Part shown: positions 61,101 to 64,000 of the stretch, piece after piece
Position numbering within the stretch: position 1 is the first letter of the stretch
Layout of the letters: every line of letters begins with the position of its first letter
DNA from: Eledone cirrhosa
Lineage: Eukaryota
NCBI GenBank assembly: GCA_964016885.1
Contig: OZ024745.1
Coordinates: 96,596,001-96,660,000, forward strand
DNA length: 64,000 nucleotides
Direction of reading: 5' to 3'
Notes under the pieces: generated by a model
Database searches by the model: none
Told to the model about the DNA's origin: nothing
The model's input: the letters and a program-made list of their open reading frames with translations, nothing else
Made by a program: the position numbers and the translations under genes

Positions 61101-61640
61101 ACTTTCCTCTTCGGCGAATCCCTAATTAACTTTTTCAAGTTTCACTTGAAGAGGAAAATCAGGGTGGGGAGGCAATTGCTGCCTTCTAGCAAGTTTGTTG
61201 AAAGGTGGGTGAATGTAGCGAGAATGGTCCGAGTGAACGGGACCACTCTGAATATACGTCTGTAGTTTGAGAGATGGAAAAATTGAGAGAGGGCGCTTGC
61301 CCTGGTGGTCAGGGTGGCCGTGGTCTTTTGTGTGGTTTTCGCCACGAGTAACCCTCGGAGGTTTCCCCCTATTGGGGAATTTTTCATTGTTTCAATTTTC
61401 ATTTTTATTGTTTATATATATATATATGTTTCTATGTCCTTTTTTTTTTCTTTTCTTATATAAATAATTGTTTCTACTTTTGGCACAAGGCCAGAAATTA
61501 ATCCAGTGTATTACTGGTACTTTATTCATAAATAATAAAAATATTTATACGCACAAAACCCACATCGTACCGTCCTGTACCGTCCTGTGCCGTCTGTAAT
61601 GTTTTTCTTGATGTCAGCCCTTGTGGCCAATAAAGAAATC
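58131..61640 (+). mobile_element. Second Tx1/L1-clade element (related subfamily) with an internal deletion
   Basis: ORF1-like 5' remnant (58131-58700) joined to ORF2 lacking the APE domain. The 3' end CCCTTGTGGCCAATAAAGAAAT matches the first copy and is followed by (ATT)n. SINE fragment at about 61464-61525. Confidence 0.85.
58735..61265 (+). pseudogene. LINE ORF2 reverse transcriptase remnant
   Basis: NFRPITLL, LDQSKAFDRIDH, VRQGC, SAYADDVT (alternate frame) and CPRCAQSDETVVHALVQC. Confidence 0.9.
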
Positions 61641-61671
61641 ATCAATATTATTATTATTATTATTATTATTG

Positions 61672-64000
61672 TTCTTTGAGTCTCAGTCATTGATGTTAGT
61701 TAACTGGAAAGTTTGTTGAAATGAATATCAAGCCACTACCTGCATCTTCAGATATTCAGGACGTATCGGAGGGTTCTTGCTGTTCCCAGCAAGCATGCCT
61801 TTTGAAGTGTTCCAAAAAGCGGGGCGGAGCCAATTTTCTTTAACCATCCTTGGAAACTCTTTGAGATAGTACCTAGTGCGCCTATGACAATCGGGACCAC
61901 TTTGACTTCACGGCAGTTCCAAATCCTTTTTACCTCCCACTTTAAGTCCTGGTATCGGTTAATTTTCTCCCTCTCCTTCTCTTGCACTCTCGTGTCGAAT
62001 GGGCAGGCCACATCCACAATCAGGCACGATCTTTTTTCCTTGTCCAAAACCACCAGGTGAGGTCTATTGTGTTCCTGTTTCTTGTCCGTCTGTATCCTAA
62101 AATCCCACAGAATCTTCACCTGATCGTTTTCTATCACCGACTCTGGCTTATGCTCATACCACTTCTCAGAATGTGGTAAATTGTTTACTTTGCATAGGTG
62201 CCAGTGGATCACCCTGCCCAGAGCATCATGTCTCCAGCATTTATAGTGAGTCTGGGCTAGGTGTTTACACTCGGATACAATGTGGGCCACAGTCTCCTCT
62301 ATCTCTCCACAGATCCTACACAGTGGGCTAGCCTCCTCCTTGTAAATATGGTGTTTCAGCCACTTCGTTTTGAGGGCCTGCTCTTGCGCAGCCATTAGCA
62401 TTCCTTCTGTAGCCTTTTTAAGGTCTCCTCTTTTCAACCAGTTCCATGTCTGTGGATCTCTGAATTCAGTTTTCTCAAAGAAGGTACTATGAAGGGATTT
62501 TTCATGAAGGCTGCTCTTTCTCCTTGTTGTTATTTCCTCCTTGGACATCCCCTGGTCTATTGTCCTCTCCTTCAGTACAATTCTGAGAATTGGCTCCCTA
62601 CTATCAGTCACGTATTTGTGTAGGTTGTTTTTCTCCATCTGAACACAGTCCTCTATGCTGATAAGGCCTTCCACCTTCAGATCTCCTTAAGTAGAGTCTA
62701 TCGACATCAATCCTCTTGTGGAACATGTTGTAGATAGTTAATAGCTTCATAGTCTTCCTATCCATTTCCTTTTGTTCAGCAACATTCCATCTCAGAATTC
62801 CCGCACTGTACCTAATAATAGACAGAGCTCGGGAATTTACTGCACTTATGGCATTCCTACTGTTCAGATGTGATTTTAATACGCTCCTTACTCTCCGAAT
62901 GTATTCAGATCTTATCAATTCCTTCATTTTTTTTTGTTCTTGATGTCATCAGCCTCCAGAACATCTAAATATGTGTATCCTTCTTCATTGTCAACTTCCT
63001 TTATCATCTCACCTGTTGGTACCTGGATTCTGTTGCTTCTGCTCAATTTACCCCTCTTCATCACAAGGACTCCAGACTTACTAATACCAAATTGCATACA
63101 TATATAATTGCTGAAAATACGGAGTGTCAACAAGCACATCCAACTCCTTCTCACTCTTCCCAAAGAGCTTAAGATCGTCCATGAAGAGGAGGTGATTGAT
63201 GGTAAGCTCTCCCTTTCCCAACTTGTATCCTGCTCTCACTTTTCGCAGTATAATGGTCAGGGGCATCAGGGCAAGGACAAACAACAGAGGGGACAGACTA
63301 TCTCCCTGGAAGATACCTCTCTTGATCTTCACGCCTCCCAAGGATTCTCCAGCCGATGATAACTCTGTTTTCCAGGACTTCATACTTTTGCTCAACAACT
63401 GTCTGATGTTATCTGCCACCTTGAAGATCTCTAGGCTTTTGGTGATCCAAGAATGAGGCACCATGTCAAATGCCTTTTTGTAGTCTATCCATCCCATGGC
63501 AAGACCAGTGTGTCTCCTCTTGCAATTCCTCATTACCATCTTATCAATAAGTAACTGGTCCTTTGTCCCACGGGACTTCTTTCGGCATCCTTTCTGTTCG
63601 TCCGGTAACAAGTTGTTTATGTGGAGGTGATGGTAGATTTCCTCAGACACAATGCTTGTTAACAGTTTCCACATTACGGACAGACATGTGATAGGTCTAT
63701 AGTTGGTAACATCATTAGCCTTGATTCAGTCTTTCATTACCAGAACTGTGGTACCTTTTGTCAACCACTCTGGTACCTCACCTGACATCAAGCAATCATT
63801 GAACATGGTTGTCAGTTCGGGTGGAGGGATGTTATATTTTTAATCCAATACCCCTGCACACCATCTGGGCCTGGTGATTTTCAGTTGGTTAGATTTTTGG
63901 CCTCCCCCTTAAGTGTTTCAACTGTGATACTCAAATCAGTTTGTTGGTGTGCCTGTTCACTAATCTCCTTTTGTACTGCCTCAATCCACACTGCCTGATC
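61672..64000 (-). mobile_element. Dong/R4-clade RLE non-LTR retrotransposon (frameshifted; runs off the window)
   Basis: RT motifs [26 protein letters not shown] and HLLFMDDLK; CRICG..EETVAHIVSEC, RHD, ILWDF..TD....NRP..V...IVDV..P (PD-D/ExK endonuclease). The 3' end runs into (TAA)n. Confidence 0.92.

Noticed and set aside
54072-63456. Antisense and alternate-frame ORFs over the LINEs
   Set aside because: Shadow ORFs of GC-richer retrotransposon coding sequence.

Overview
AT-rich, microsatellite-dense animal genomic DNA. The repeat landscape suggests a mollusc, possibly an octopus; this is inference only. No intact host gene is recognisable, and most listed ORFs are translations of (TA)n/(CA)n/(GAA)n tracts. 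Conventional content: two degenerate Naiad-type and one Neptune-type Penelope-like element (PLE) remnants (RT/GIY-YIG), two Tx1/L1-clade LINEs, a Dong/R4-type RLE LINE, RTE 3' fragments, many copies of one tRNA-derived SINE, two non-autonomous Helitrons and several minisatellites. The main signal is that most short inserts between (TA)n tracts carry a type I hammerhead ribozyme (HHR) or its 3' half. I read more than 30 complete or near-complete HHR motifs by eye, from at least 15 apparently unrelated sequence families. They include retrozyme-like tandem units of 310, 317, 438, 467, 537, 550 and 704 bp. Most inserts share one architecture: two arms joined 5'-to-5' as a palindrome with both 3' ends facing outward into (TA)n, one arm ending at an internal TA site and the other carrying an extra tail. 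The fold-back point often lies in or next to the ribozyme. The extreme case is a 4.4-kb inverted array of apparently identical 310-bp units with 14 HHRs (45072-49504). All structures were read manually and none has been computationally or biochemically validated.
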